Position numbers and translations under genes: made by a program | Part shown: positions 1-9,677 of the stretch, piece after piece | Layout of the letters: the number at the start of each line of letters is the position of its first letter | Numbering within the stretch: the stretch's first letter is position 1 | Assembly: GCA_902788205.1 (NCBI GenBank) | Contig: CADAJJ010000009.1 | Location: 119 to 64,118 of the forward strand | DNA from: an uncultured Spirochaetales bacterium | GTDB taxonomy: Bacteria; Spirochaetota; Spirochaetia; Sphaerochaetales; Sphaerochaetaceae | Reading direction: 5' to 3' | Length of the DNA stretch: 64,000 bases | The notes under the pieces: model-generated | Told to the model about the DNA's origin: nothing | The model's input: the letters and a program-made list of their open reading frames with translations, nothing else | The model's database searches: none

Positions 1-1
1 C

Positions 2-559
2 GTGTATGGGCTTTTGCGCCAAGGAGGTCGCGCCAAGGAATATGAAACAGCCATTATGTGGCTGTGCGACTGTGGACTCGCACGCAAGGTCAGCCGCATC
101 AGCGCGCCTAAACTTCCTCTCAAGGCGTACGAAGACCTCAAGGCCTTCAAACTGTATTTCCTTGATGTCGGACTCCTCTCCCGCCTGTCAGGTCTCACTC
201 CGATGACTCTGCTTGCAAAGAACGCCCTATTCTCAGAGTTCAAAGGAGCACTCACAGAGCAGTACGTCCAGCAGGAGCTTACAGCAAATGGCGTTCAGAA
301 CATCTATTACTACACAAATGAGCGTAGTACGTTGGAAATTGATTTGATTCTCGGACTTGACGCCAGCATCATCCCCATTGAAGTCAAGGCAGAAGAGAAC
401 TTACGGGCAAAGAGCCTTAAAAGCTTCCAGGAAAAGTACGAGTGCCCCCTTGCAATCAGGACTTCAATGAGCGATTACCGCAAAGAATCGTGGCTCACCA
501 ACTTGCCATTATATGCGGTCTCCGCCCTCACCGGTCCAGACGGCATCGCCTTATCGTGA
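2..559 (+). CDS. AAA+ ATPase, C-terminal DUF4143-like part (5' end outside window)
   Basis: Frame is open from the window edge to TGA 557-559. KLYFLDVGLL and EIDLIL..IPIEVKA resemble the C-terminal part of a common AAA/DUF4143 ATP-binding protein family. Confidence 0.6.
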   Translation: MYGLLRQGGRAKEYETAIMWLCDCGLARKVSRISAPKLPLKAYEDLKAFKLYFLDVGLLSRLSGLTPMTLLAKNALFSEFKGALTEQYVQQELTANGVQNIYYYTNERSTLEIDLILGLDASIIPIEVKAEENLRAKSLKSFQEKYECPLAIRTSMSDYRKESWLTNLPLYAVSALTGPDGIALS

Positions 560-595
560 TCCAATCCTTTTGAAAAGAAAATCCCGACCAAAATC

Positions 596-1909
596 TTATT
601 CCAGCAGTTCGTCCATGCAGATACCGTCGATATCCTCCGGCATCGCAAGACCCAGCACCTTCGCGAACGTAGGAGCCTCGTCGACAATCGGTCTTCTCGC
701 GAGCGTCACCCCGCTCTTGAAGGCGGGACCTTTCGCCAAGAAGAAGGGCTGTGGTCCTTTGTCCGGCAGGTACCCGTGCGTTGCCCGCCCGAGACGAAAG
801 TCGGAGTTGTCCAATGGAACCACCAAGGGACGATGGATTCCACTGGCAAGGCTGGAGTAGCCGTCACTCTCCAGCACGAAACTGAAGGGACCGGCAAGGT
901 GGTATGTTTCCTCGGCTTCTCGGGCGGTGAACACCTGCCCGATTCCGTAAACCCCCTCGTCGCGTAACTGGTAGAGCAGCTCGCCCACCACCGGTTCGTC
1001 CCTCTTGTCCTTCACGTACACAAGGCTGCTGAAGGCGTTGGAAAGATTCCAAGCTCTCCAATCGCGCACTACTCCGGTCTTCTCGTCTACGTCAATGAAT
1101 CCTCGTTCCCGAAGCAACGCATTGATGTTGACCGCGCGGACGATATTCATCTGCCCATGGTCGGACAACAATACGATATTGGTGTCCTCCAGGTGCCCGA
1201 TCTCGGCCAACGTCTGCATGATCTGGCCGATCCATTGGTCACAGCGTTGCACGTATTCGGTCACCAGCGGACTGAACATGCCGCTCTGGTGTCTTGCCCC
1301 GTCGACCGACCCTCCATGGAGGAAGACAACTTCTGCTCCATCACGGAGCACATCGCAAGTACAGGCCGTAATGAAATCGTCGAGATACGGTTGCTGGACA
1401 AACGCCTTACGTCCTCCATGCTCCCATCCCGCAGGCAACAGATAGCTGTTCTTGCGAAGGATCCGGCACATCCGTTCATCGCTTCCGGTTCTCCCGAATC
1501 CACCTTCCAGCGTCTCACCCGGCTGGATCCAATACTCGTCAATCAAATCATCGATAGCCGGATGGCAACCGGTCACCGGCCAGAATACGGCTCCCGTCTT
1601 GTATCCAGCGTCATGAGCGACCTGGAAAATATCGGTGCGCTTGATATCCTTCTGGAACCAGTACCATGGATACTCGCCAGATTCGGTATGGAATGGCTGG
1701 TTGTTGGTGATGCCGTGCTTGTCCGGATAACAACCGGTGACGATGGAAGCATGCACCGGATAGGTAATCGTCGGATACACGGACCTGATGGTCCTCACTT
1801 CGCTGTACTGGTTGCCGAAATACCGGCGAAAATTCGGCAACGTCTTCAAATACGCAACATCCTCGCCCACCATTGCGTCGAGCGAACACACAATCAATCG
1901 GGTACGCAC
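596..1909 (-). CDS. Type I phosphodiesterase / nucleotide pyrophosphatase (alkaline-phosphatase superfamily), cytoplasmic
   Basis: 437-aa ORF with a GTG start just after GGAAGGAG. CSLDAM metal-site and YPTITYPVHASIVTGCYPDKHGI nucleophile-Thr motifs are typical of NPP enzymes. No signal peptide. Confidence 0.75.
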   Translation of the reverse strand: MRTRLIVCSLDAMVGEDVAYLKTLPNFRRYFGNQYSEVRTIRSVYPTITYPVHASIVTGCYPDKHGITNNQPFHTESGEYPWYWFQKDIKRTDIFQVAHDAGYKTGAVFWPVTGCHPAIDDLIDEYWIQPGETLEGGFGRTGSDERMCRILRKNSYLLPAGWEHGGRKAFVQQPYLDDFITACTCDVLRDGAEVVFLHGGSVDGARHQSGMFSPLVTEYVQRCDQWIGQIMQTLAEIGHLEDTNIVLLSDHGQMNIVRAVNINALLRERGFIDVDEKTGVVRDWRAWNLSNAFSSLVYVKDKRDEPVVGELLYQLRDEGVYGIGQVFTAREAEETYHLAGPFSFVLESDGYSSLASGIHRPLVVPLDNSDFRLGRATHGYLPDKGPQPFFLAKGPAFKSGVTLARRPIVDEAPTFAKVLGLAMPEDIDGICMDELLE

Positions 1910-2048
1910 AATCTTCTCCTTCCCTCATACGATAGCAGAAGGCCGGGAAGACTCCCAGCCTGTGCAAATGCATGAGTTGCCATTTGGTGGAAACATTGGA
2001 GAGCTTCCGCTTTCAACGCCTGCCGCAGGCTCCCGCCATCCCAAATGC

Positions 2049-3710
2049 CTACATGGAAATCTCTCCGTCTTTGGAAACCTTGTTGAAGACCATCAGGGAG
2101 ACAACCGTGAAAATCATCAGAATGGTGGAAAGCGCGCAGGCTCTGCCATCCGCTCCCTTGCTGACCATGCTGTAAATGGCGACGTTCAAGGTCTGGGTCT
2201 TGAAGGAATAAAGCAGAATGGACGAGGACAACTCGGTAATCAGAGTAACCCAGCTCATGATGGCTCCGGAAAAGATTCCATTGACCATCATCGGAATGGT
2301 TACCTTGACCAATGTCTTGACCTTCCCCGCTCCGAGAGACTCGGCTGCTTCGTCGATGGAAAGGGGAATCTGTCCAAGAATGGCGACGGAACTACGAATG
2401 GTGTACGGGATACGCCTGATACACATGGAAATCACCATGATTGCCGCAGTTCCAACAAGAGGCATGACTTTGTTGTTGAATGCCAGAATCAACGAAATAC
2501 CCACCACGGAACCTGGAATAATATAGGGGATCATCGAAAGGCTGTCGATGATGGAGTTGATGGCGTTTCTTCTCCTGACCACCAAATAGGAGATAAGAAT
2601 CGCTATGAGAATAATCAATACTAAAGCCGAACCACAAATACGGATTGTGTTCCAGATGACATTACTCATGTTACTGAAAACCTGCTGGTAACTCTTCAAA
2701 GAGAATCCCGGAACAAACACAATGCCTGCGGAGGACGTCCTTCTAAAAGACAGATAAACCAGATAGACCTGTGGCAACAGGGAAATTGCGACAATACCGT
2801 ATGCATATAAATGGATAAAGAAACTGAATACAGGAGTCGGTTTACGAACCTGGATCGAGTGCATCGCATTGATGGTAAACGTGTTCCGGTTTGCCAGATA
2901 CCTCTGGACAAGGAAGAAGAACAACGTGATCAAAATGGCGATGACACTAATTGCGGCCGCAAAGTTCTGGTTCGTCCCGACCTCACCGACATACTCGTTA
3001 TAAATGATGACAGGGAACGTCATATACCCTTCTCCTATCATCAGTGGCGTACCAAAGTCGGCAAGAGCACGCATGAACACCATCAAAGCCGCAGCCAAGA
3101 TAGAAGGCATGCACAGAGGAAGAACCACACGGAAAAACCGTTTCATGCCAGAGCATCCCATATTGGCGGAAGCTTCCAACAACGAGTTGTCCAAATTCTT
3201 CAATGCACCCGAAACATAGAGAAAGACCAGCGGGAACAACTTTGTGGATAGAACCAGAAGAATCCCGGAGAATCCATAAATCGAAGGAATATGGATCCCA
3301 AAATGGTCTGCGAAAAACTTTGTGAGGACTCCCGCCCTACCCAGCAAGAGAATCCATGCGTAGGCTCCGATAAATGGCGCGCTCATACAACTGAGAATAA
3401 TCAGCATCTGCAAAGTTTTTTTGCCATGCATCTCGTACATGTTGTAGAAGTATGCAAGAGGAATGCCGATAAGTAGCGAGACGATGGCAGTACTGATGGC
3501 AACCTTGAAAGAATTGGCCAATGTGCTCGAGTAGTAAGCCTGCGAGAAAAACTGGACAAAATATTTGAGGGTGAAAGTTCCGGTCTTTGCATCCACAACC
3601 GAACGCGACATCACCTTGTACAACGGATACACCATGAAAAGCAGATAAAGGACAAGGATGACCAGACTGGCAAGAACCCAGAAATCCCATTGAGTATGGC
3701 GTCGTTTCAT
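2049..3710 (-). CDS. ABC transporter permease, fused two-module type
   Basis: Very hydrophobic ~553-aa product with two tandem permease modules. I prefer ATG 3710 (AGGAGG 5 nt upstream, overlapping the upstream TAG) over GTG 3716. Confidence 0.8.
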   Translation of the reverse strand: MKRRHTQWDFWVLASLVILVLYLLFMVYPLYKVMSRSVVDAKTGTFTLKYFVQFFSQAYYSSTLANSFKVAISTAIVSLLIGIPLAYFYNMYEMHGKKTLQMLIILSCMSAPFIGAYAWILLLGRAGVLTKFFADHFGIHIPSIYGFSGILLVLSTKLFPLVFLYVSGALKNLDNSLLEASANMGCSGMKRFFRVVLPLCMPSILAAALMVFMRALADFGTPLMIGEGYMTFPVIIYNEYVGEVGTNQNFAAAISVIAILITLFFFLVQRYLANRNTFTINAMHSIQVRKPTPVFSFFIHLYAYGIVAISLLPQVYLVYLSFRRTSSAGIVFVPGFSLKSYQQVFSNMSNVIWNTIRICGSALVLIILIAILISYLVVRRRNAINSIIDSLSMIPYIIPGSVVGISLILAFNNKVMPLVGTAAIMVISMCIRRIPYTIRSSVAILGQIPLSIDEAAESLGAGKVKTLVKVTIPMMVNGIFSGAIMSWVTLITELSSSILLYSFKTQTLNVAIYSMVSKGADGRACALSTILMIFTVVSLMVFNKVSKDGEISM

Positions 3711-3719
3711 GCTCACCTC

Positions 3720-4817
3720 CTAAGCAATCAGCGAACGAAGGCCGTCGCTTGTGAACACGTTTATCTTTTCTGTCTTCAAAGCCAGTGATATTTCCGTTCC
3801 GGGATTCAGGATTTCCTGAATCATGGATTCCTGAATGATTTGGACACGATTCCCATCTTCCAATTCCACGATGTAATGGGTATTGAGCCCTAAGAATGTA
3901 CTATAGACAATCTTTGCATGGAGGGATGGCCTATCCTGTGGAGCGTTCTTCTCTTCAATGACAAATTCCTCGGGACGAATGGAAACAACAACCTCCTGGC
4001 CTTCCTGCACATCCTTGAGATTCGTCATTTTTTCAGTGAATCCTCCAGGAAACACCAAAGAAGGAATATCGCCTGCCAAAGAGATATGGGCTTTTAGTAT
4101 GTTGGTTCGACCAATAAACGTGGAAACAAACTGGTTGCCAGGCCGTTGATACAGCTGTTTCGGCGTGCCGATTTGCTGGATGGCCCCCTGACTCATTACG
4201 GCAATTCGGTCACTAACCGCCATCGCCTCTTCCTGATCATGGGTTACATACACAGTAGTAATTCCCAGACGATTCTGGATTTCTTTGATAACATCCCGCA
4301 TCTCAACCCGAAGTTTGGCATCAAGATTCGAGAGAGGTTCGTCCATCAACAGGACATCCGGCTCGATGGCGAGGGCGCGAGCCAAAGCGATGCGTTGCTG
4401 CTGGCCACCAGAAAGTTTTTCCGGCATCCTGTCTGCATACACATCGATTTTCATAAGTTTCATGAATTTGTCTGCCTGCTCGCGAATGGCTTCCTTTGGC
4501 ATCTTTCTATTTTGAAGCCCAAATTCAACATTCTTACGAACATTCAAATGAGGGAAAATGGCATAGTTCTGGAATACCATACCGATATTGCGCTTTGCTG
4601 GGTCAAGTTCATTAATCCGCTTGTCACCAAAGAAGAAGTCTCCACCTTCGATACTATTGAACCCTGCAATCATTCGTAACAAAGTTGTTTTCCCACACCC
4701 GGAAGGCCCAAGCAACGTGAAGAATTCCCCTGGCTTGATGCTCAACGACAAATCGGGAATCGCAACGAATTCCCCATATTTTTTTACTGCATGTGAAATA
4801 GTAATCCCAACACTCAT
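3720..4817 (-). CDS. ABC transporter ATP-binding protein (PotA/FbpC-like)
   Basis: Walker A GPSGCGKTT, signature LSGGQQQR, Walker B LLMDEP, with a C-terminal regulatory-type extension. GGAGG RBS. Confidence 0.9.
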   Translation of the reverse strand: MSVGITISHAVKKYGEFVAIPDLSLSIKPGEFFTLLGPSGCGKTTLLRMIAGFNSIEGGDFFFGDKRINELDPAKRNIGMVFQNYAIFPHLNVRKNVEFGLQNRKMPKEAIREQADKFMKLMKIDVYADRMPEKLSGGQQQRIALARALAIEPDVLLMDEPLSNLDAKLRVEMRDVIKEIQNRLGITTVYVTHDQEEAMAVSDRIAVMSQGAIQQIGTPKQLYQRPGNQFVSTFIGRTNILKAHISLAGDIPSLVFPGGFTEKMTNLKDVQEGQEVVVSIRPEEFVIEEKNAPQDRPSLHAKIVYSTFLGLNTHYIVELEDGNRVQIIQESMIQEILNPGTEISLALKTEKINVFTSDGLRSLIA

Positions 4818-4849
4818 AATAGCCTCCGCGGTTGAAGGAAAAGAGCGGC

Positions 4850-4872
4850 TGGCTTTGGACTCTCCAAAGCCA
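4850..4872 (-). promoter_or_regulatory. Intercistronic stem-loop between the SBP and ATPase cistrons (possible attenuator or mRNA stabiliser)
   Basis: Perfect 9-bp stem TGGCTTTGG/CCAAAGCCA with a 5-nt loop. On the coding (minus) strand a CTCTTTTCC run follows a few nt later. Confidence 0.45.
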
Positions 4873-4894
4873 CCGACTCGAAAGATGCAATAGG

Positions 4895-5938
4895 TTATTT
4901 ATTGCCGTATTTTGCCCAATACTCATTCCATTTCGCACAGATTTCTGCCTTGTGGGATGCAAAGGCCTCGGTATCGGCAACTTTCACATTGATGGTGTCC
5001 AAGTCGACCATATTGGGGCTGCCACCCACAAGCTTGTGGGTTGTGACTGGACGGGCACCGCTATCCAAGTAACATTGCTGGCCAGCATCGCTCGTCAAGA
5101 AATCCATGAACAATTTCGCATTCTCCAGATTCTTGGCACCTTTGATGATTGCGGAACCAAAACCGACAGAAGTGACACCTTCGTCCCAGAAAACCATGTG
5201 GGCACCAGAGGAGCCGCCGTCGAGCAACTGGACTACGAGCGGCTCATACGAAACACCAACCACGTACTCACCAGCAAACGTCGCCTTCGCAGGGGTCGAG
5301 GAGGAACTGACAATCACCAACCCATTCTGCATCAGCTTGGCGATATAATCCCATGCTTCCTGGCTTTCCCATCCGCCAAAATCAGTCAACATGCATTGCA
5401 GGTTATTCCAAGCAGACGAACTTGCCGTCGGGTTGGCACTTGCAATCTTGCCTTTAAGCTTCGGATCAAGCAGGGATTTCCATCCTGTAACCTTCACCCC
5501 AAGGTCAGCCTCAAGTTTGTCGTTAACGACCAAACACGGAATCTGTGAGTCATGGAACGTGACCTTCCCGGTAGTGTTATGGAAACCTTCCTGCATATCC
5601 TTGTCATTGACGCTGACATAGGACTCGAGATAATCGCCATAGGTAGCGATATCCGCATACTGGAGACCGCCATACATGGCATCAGCCTGCGGATTGGCGG
5701 CCTCAGCCTGGATTCTTGCCTTGCAGTCACCAGCACCACCATACGTGTAATAGACCTTGATGTCTGGATACTGCTTGTTGAATGCAGCAATCGTCATGTC
5801 ATACTGGGCATCGGCAACCGTCGTGTACAGAATCAAATCTCCAGACGCTTTCCTCGCTCCCGATTCCTTGGCTCCCTGCGCAAACACACTCGCTGTTGCA
5901 AGTGCTGCCATAAGCATCAAACTTACCGCTCTTCTCAT
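4895..5938 (-). CDS. ABC transporter periplasmic substrate-binding protein
   Basis: Signal peptide MRRAVSLMLMAALATASVFAQG and AAGGAG RBS. Size and composition fit a type II periplasmic binding protein. First cistron of the transporter block. Confidence 0.8.
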   Translation of the reverse strand: MRRAVSLMLMAALATASVFAQGAKESGARKASGDLILYTTVADAQYDMTIAAFNKQYPDIKVYYTYGGAGDCKARIQAEAANPQADAMYGGLQYADIATYGDYLESYVSVNDKDMQEGFHNTTGKVTFHDSQIPCLVVNDKLEADLGVKVTGWKSLLDPKLKGKIASANPTASSSAWNNLQCMLTDFGGWESQEAWDYIAKLMQNGLVIVSSSSTPAKATFAGEYVVGVSYEPLVVQLLDGGSSGAHMVFWDEGVTSVGFGSAIIKGAKNLENAKLFMDFLTSDAGQQCYLDSGARPVTTHKLVGGSPNMVDLDTINVKVADTEAFASHKAEICAKWNEYWAKYGNK

Positions 5939-5964
5939 GTTTCTCTCCTTTTTTCGCCTTACGG

Positions 5965-6885
5965 CTATTCTTTTCTCTGTAAAAACTGGTCAACTTCTTC
6001 TTGATGGGGAATTCCGGCACGACCACCAATCCTCGTACATTTGATGGCTGCCACCGCGGATGCAAAACGAATCGCATCCGCGGTTTTCGCGCCATGGAGG
6101 AATGCATGGAGAAAAGCGCCATGAAACACATCGCCGGCACCAGTCGTATCTACTGCGGCAACAGGAAAGGCAGGAAATGAGACGACTTTGCCATCCATAT
6201 ATGCCAACACGCCTTTTTCTCCCAATGTGCACATGACAATGTGTGGCCCAAGTGCCGCAAAGAACTCGAGAGCTTCTTCGTAAGTCCGTTTCCCACTCAC
6301 CTGCAACGGGTATTTTTTGTTCATGATCAAAGAGTCAACACGACTGACAAGTTCCAAGTTCTTCCGGTTGTCCGGCTGCATGGAACATCCATCAAGCGAA
6401 ACAAAGCACCCATGCGCCTTTCCGCGTCTGGCTGCTTCCATGGCATTCTGCCAGTTGGTGCCGTCGAGATGTACAACCTTGCTGTCCGCAATGACATCGT
6501 CCAATGCATCAGTCCATACGACTGGCGGATTTGTGTCTCGCTCGGGGAACTTGGTACGTGACCCATTACGGGGATTCACCATCACGAATGATTCCAATCC
6601 ATGACAATCCTGACGTCTCTGCATGAACTCTGTGGAAACACCATCGTTTTCGAACAACCGGATTGCCTCGTCGGAAATCGCATCAAATCCCACGTTTCCG
6701 AGAAATGCTGTCCGCGAGCCAAGACGTGATAAGGCGACTAATGCGGTAGCCACAGCGCCGCCGCCTTGTATGGAGATGGATGTAATATGCGTTGATCCAT
6801 CCTCTGCAGGATAGTTTTCGACCTGGCAGATCCTATCCACACAACTATGGCCGACTCCCACCACGTCCCATCGTTTCATAGGCAT
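5965..6885 (-). CDS. PfkB-family sugar/sugar-phosphate kinase
   Basis: Ribokinase-family motifs VGVGHSCVD..GGG and DTTGAGDVFHGAF. Alternative ATG at 6879 forms an ATGA overlap with the upstream stop. Confidence 0.85.
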   Translation of the reverse strand: MPMKRWDVVGVGHSCVDRICQVENYPAEDGSTHITSISIQGGGAVATALVALSRLGSRTAFLGNVGFDAISDEAIRLFENDGVSTEFMQRRQDCHGLESFVMVNPRNGSRTKFPERDTNPPVVWTDALDDVIADSKVVHLDGTNWQNAMEAARRGKAHGCFVSLDGCSMQPDNRKNLELVSRVDSLIMNKKYPLQVSGKRTYEEALEFFAALGPHIVMCTLGEKGVLAYMDGKVVSFPAFPVAAVDTTGAGDVFHGAFLHAFLHGAKTADAIRFASAVAAIKCTRIGGRAGIPHQEEVDQFLQRKE

Positions 6886-7820
6886 CCCTTCTGCACGAGG
6901 GCTTTCGCCTTTTCTGCAATATGGTCGCTGGTGATTCCATACGCATGCAAAAGTTCTTCCGTTGCTCCCGACTGACCGAAGCGGTCATGGACAGAGACAA
7001 AGTCGAACTGTACAGGCTTACCAACCAAAACACGAGCAACAGCGTCGGTCAGGCCACCCATGTCGTTGGCTTCTTCGCATACCAGCACTCTTCCCTGGCA
7101 AGCCATACTCTCCTTGAGGATTTCTTCTTCATCCAATGGCTTGATCGTATGGATATTCAATAAGGTCGATTCGACACCTTCTGCTGCAAGCTCCTTGGCC
7201 GCTTGGACAGCAAGCGGAGTCATCATCCCGGTTGCAATGATGCAGACATCTTTTCCAGAACGGAGTTTCTGCGCTTTACCAATCAAGATCTCATCGTACT
7301 GGGTTGTGACAGCTTCGACAGGCTCACGCGAAGTGCGGAGGTACATCGGACCTTTGTACCCATACATCAGATGCGCAAGTTTCCTTGCCTGCTCGCTATC
7401 ACATGGAGAAAGCACCACCATATTGGGAAGCGCACGCATGATCGCGATATCCTCGATGCACTGATGGGACCCCCCATCTCCCGCCGCAGTGATACCTCCA
7501 TGACTGCCAATAATCTTCACATTGATGGAGGAATAGGCTACTGCATTGCGAATCAGCTCAAATCCACGCCCGGCAGAAAAGACTGCCATGCTTCCGCAAA
7601 AAGGCACAAGCCCAGAACGGGCAAGTCCTGCGGAAAACCCAATCATGTTCTGCTCCGCGATCCCAACATCTATGAAACGGTCGGGATAGGCTTTCTCAAA
7701 GGCATAGCTACCAGTAGTCTTCGCCAAATCAGCATCGACAACCACCACATCCGGATGAGTGGCGGCAACTTCAATCAACCCCTGATAGAACCCAAAGCGA
7801 GAGGCAAGTTTCTCAGCCAT
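6876..7820 (-). CDS. Transketolase, C-terminal (pyrimidine-binding) subunit of a split enzyme
   Basis: GIAEQNMIGFSAGLA motif; 314 aa corresponds to the C-terminal half of a transketolase. The start overlaps the upstream stop (ATGGCTGA). Confidence 0.9.
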   Translation of the reverse strand: MAEKLASRFGFYQGLIEVAATHPDVVVVDADLAKTTGSYAFEKAYPDRFIDVGIAEQNMIGFSAGLARSGLVPFCGSMAVFSAGRGFELIRNAVAYSSINVKIIGSHGGITAAGDGGSHQCIEDIAIMRALPNMVVLSPCDSEQARKLAHLMYGYKGPMYLRTSREPVEAVTTQYDEILIGKAQKLRSGKDVCIIATGMMTPLAVQAAKELAAEGVESTLLNIHTIKPLDEEEILKESMACQGRVLVCEEANDMGGLTDAVARVLVGKPVQFDFVSVHDRFGQSGATEELLHAYGITSDHIAEKAKALVQKGCL

Positions 7821-8625
7821 TCATCCTACCCCCCAGTTCCGCATATGCGCGATCAATTTGTTCCCCTTTCGGGATACCGCCATGCCAAGCAACCTCATGT
7901 TCCATAAACGAAACCCCCTTCCCTTTGACGGTATGGGCAATAATCACATGAGGTTTCCCTTCGTACTGTTTGTCCAACGCAGAAACAATGGCTTCAAAGT
8001 CATGCCCATCGATTTCATCGACAGCCAATCCAAACGCTTCCAGTTTCGCATGGAGGTTCTCCAGTTTCATCAGTTCTTCCGTAGGCTTGGAAAGTTGAAG
8101 ACCGTTACGGTCGATAATGATGGTCAGATTGTCCAACTTGAAATTTGCGGAAGACATGAAAGCCTCCCAGCAAATGCCTTCATCCAGCTCGCCGTCTCCA
8201 GTCAGGACATATACCTTTGCATCTGCATGCTGGTATCTGAGCCCATAAGCCAATCCGCCGGCAACAGACAACCCTTGACCAAGAGAACCTGTAGTACAAT
8301 CCAATCCAGGGCATTTCGCAGTGTCAGGATGTCCTTGAAACAAACTTCCCAATCTTCGGAGCCGGTGCAGTTCCTTCTTGTCCACATATCCCTTGTCGGC
8401 AAGAATCGCATAGAGTGCCGGGGCTGCATGTCCTTTGCTCAACACAAACCTGTCACGCCGCGGATCGTTAGGATCTGGAAACAGCCTCATCTGATGGTAA
8501 TACAGTGCAACAAGAATGTCTGTTGCAGAGAAAGAGCCACCAAGATGTCCAGAGCCTGCTTCAAGCACCATGGCAAGTACGTCTTTGCGTATCTGACGAG
8601 CTTTCTCCGCAAGATTGGTTTCCAT
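7813..8625 (-). CDS. Transketolase, N-terminal (TPP-binding) subunit of a split enzyme
   Basis: GSGHLGGSFS and GDGELDEGICWEA motifs. ATG 8625 follows GAGGAG; the longer ORF to 8679 would overlap the aldolase gene. Confidence 0.85.
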   Translation of the reverse strand: METNLAEKARQIRKDVLAMVLEAGSGHLGGSFSATDILVALYYHQMRLFPDPNDPRRDRFVLSKGHAAPALYAILADKGYVDKKELHRLRRLGSLFQGHPDTAKCPGLDCTTGSLGQGLSVAGGLAYGLRYQHADAKVYVLTGDGELDEGICWEAFMSSANFKLDNLTIIIDRNGLQLSKPTEELMKLENLHAKLEAFGLAVDEIDGHDFEAIVSALDKQYEGKPHVIIAHTVKGKGVSFMEHEVAWHGGIPKGEQIDRAYAELGGRMNG

Positions 8626-8633
8626 ACAACTCC

Positions 8634-9500
8634 TCACGCCTTTCCGAGGCAACCAAACAGGGTCATTTTCTTGATACACATCGCCTTGGTGGCATCAAGC
8701 CCCCCCGCAAGCAACGCTCTCGGAGCGAATCCTTTGCTGGTAAGGTCCCTGCCTTCCTCGATGTACTTCCTCACGGCCTCGGTAAAGGCCATCTGGCACT
8801 CTGTGTTGACATTGATCTTGCCCACCCCCAGGCTGATTGCCTTACGGATCTGGTCATCCGGGATACAGGACCCTCCATGCAGAACCAGCGGCATGTCTCC
8901 CGTCCTCCGCTTGATCTCCCCAAGCAACGAGAAGTTCAGGCCTTTCCAGTCAGCAGGATATTTTCCGTGGATGTTACCGATGCCGGCAGCCAAAAAATCA
9001 ATACCCAAAGAAGCCATCTGCTCGCACTGAGCCGGGTCGGCACATTCCCCCATGCTGATCTTGCCGTCCTCCTCGCCACCGATGCCACCGACTTCCGCTT
9101 CGACAGAAATGCCCTTGGCATGTGCCAGCCTGACCACCTCTTTGGTCTTCGCAATATTCTCTTCTATCGGGTAAGAGGATCCGTCAAACATGACCGAACT
9201 GAACCCTTGCTCGATTGCGGCTAACGCCTCCTCATATTTGCCATGGTCCACATGCAACGCTACCGGAACGTTGATGTCCAGGTAATGCATGAAATCCTGC
9301 ACCATGTCGGTGATTGTCCGGTACCCACCCATGTATTTGGCCGTCCCTCCAGAAACTCCGAGAATGATAGGTGTGTGGGTTTCCTGGGCCGCCAGCAGGA
9401 AAGCCCGCACGCTCTCCATATTGTTCAAATTGAAATGACCTACCGCATAGCGGCCCCGTTCCGCTTCCTGGAGCATCTCTTTCGCCGATACCAGATACAT
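8634..9500 (-). CDS. Class II fructose/tagatose-bisphosphate aldolase family protein
   Basis: 288 aa with GHFNLNN, HVDHG and GGEEDG motifs of the FbaA/GatY/KbaY family. Substrate cannot be assigned from sequence. Confidence 0.85.
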   Translation of the reverse strand: MYLVSAKEMLQEAERGRYAVGHFNLNNMESVRAFLLAAQETHTPIILGVSGGTAKYMGGYRTITDMVQDFMHYLDINVPVALHVDHGKYEEALAAIEQGFSSVMFDGSSYPIEENIAKTKEVVRLAHAKGISVEAEVGGIGGEEDGKISMGECADPAQCEQMASLGIDFLAAGIGNIHGKYPADWKGLNFSLLGEIKRRTGDMPLVLHGGSCIPDDQIRKAISLGVGKINVNTECQMAFTEAVRKYIEEGRDLTSKGFAPRALLAGGLDATKAMCIKKMTLFGCLGKA

Positions 9501-9570
9501 GTTCGTATTTCTCCTCTTGTGGTCAGGGTACGGGCAGTTTCAGGATTTGTAAAGGAAAATTTTATCAATT

Positions 9571-9615
9571 TTATGCTCATTTAATGTATAAAATTTCCAA
9601 TATTATGCTCATTTA
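9571..9615. promoter_or_regulatory. Perfect 13-bp direct repeat TTATGCTCATTTA x2 (candidate DeoR operator)
   Basis: Copies at 9571-9583 and 9603-9615 (32-bp period) lie in the divergent aldolase/DeoR intergenic region. The repeat itself is certain; its function is inferred. Confidence 0.5.
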
Positions 9616-9648
9616 TTCGGTTTATACCCGTTTTCTGCCCATTTCCCA

Positions 9649-9677
9649 TTGACCCTAATGTCAACTTCTTCCATACT
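9649..9677 (+). promoter_or_regulatory. Candidate promoter TTGACC-17-CATACT for the DeoR gene (possibly leaderless)
   Basis: The -10 element ends 6 nt before ATG 9684, and no Shine-Dalgarno sequence is visible upstream of the ATG. Confidence 0.3.

Noticed and set aside
596-9500. Assigning the transketolase-containing operon to a sulfoquinovose (sulfo-TK) or D-apiose (apulose-4-phosphate transketolase) pathway
   Set aside because: The companion genes expected for those pathways are absent. These include a sulfoquinovosidase, a sugar isomerase, a sulfoacetaldehyde reductase or exporter, and a ribose-type SBP with apiose isomerase. The transporter is also of a different architecture.
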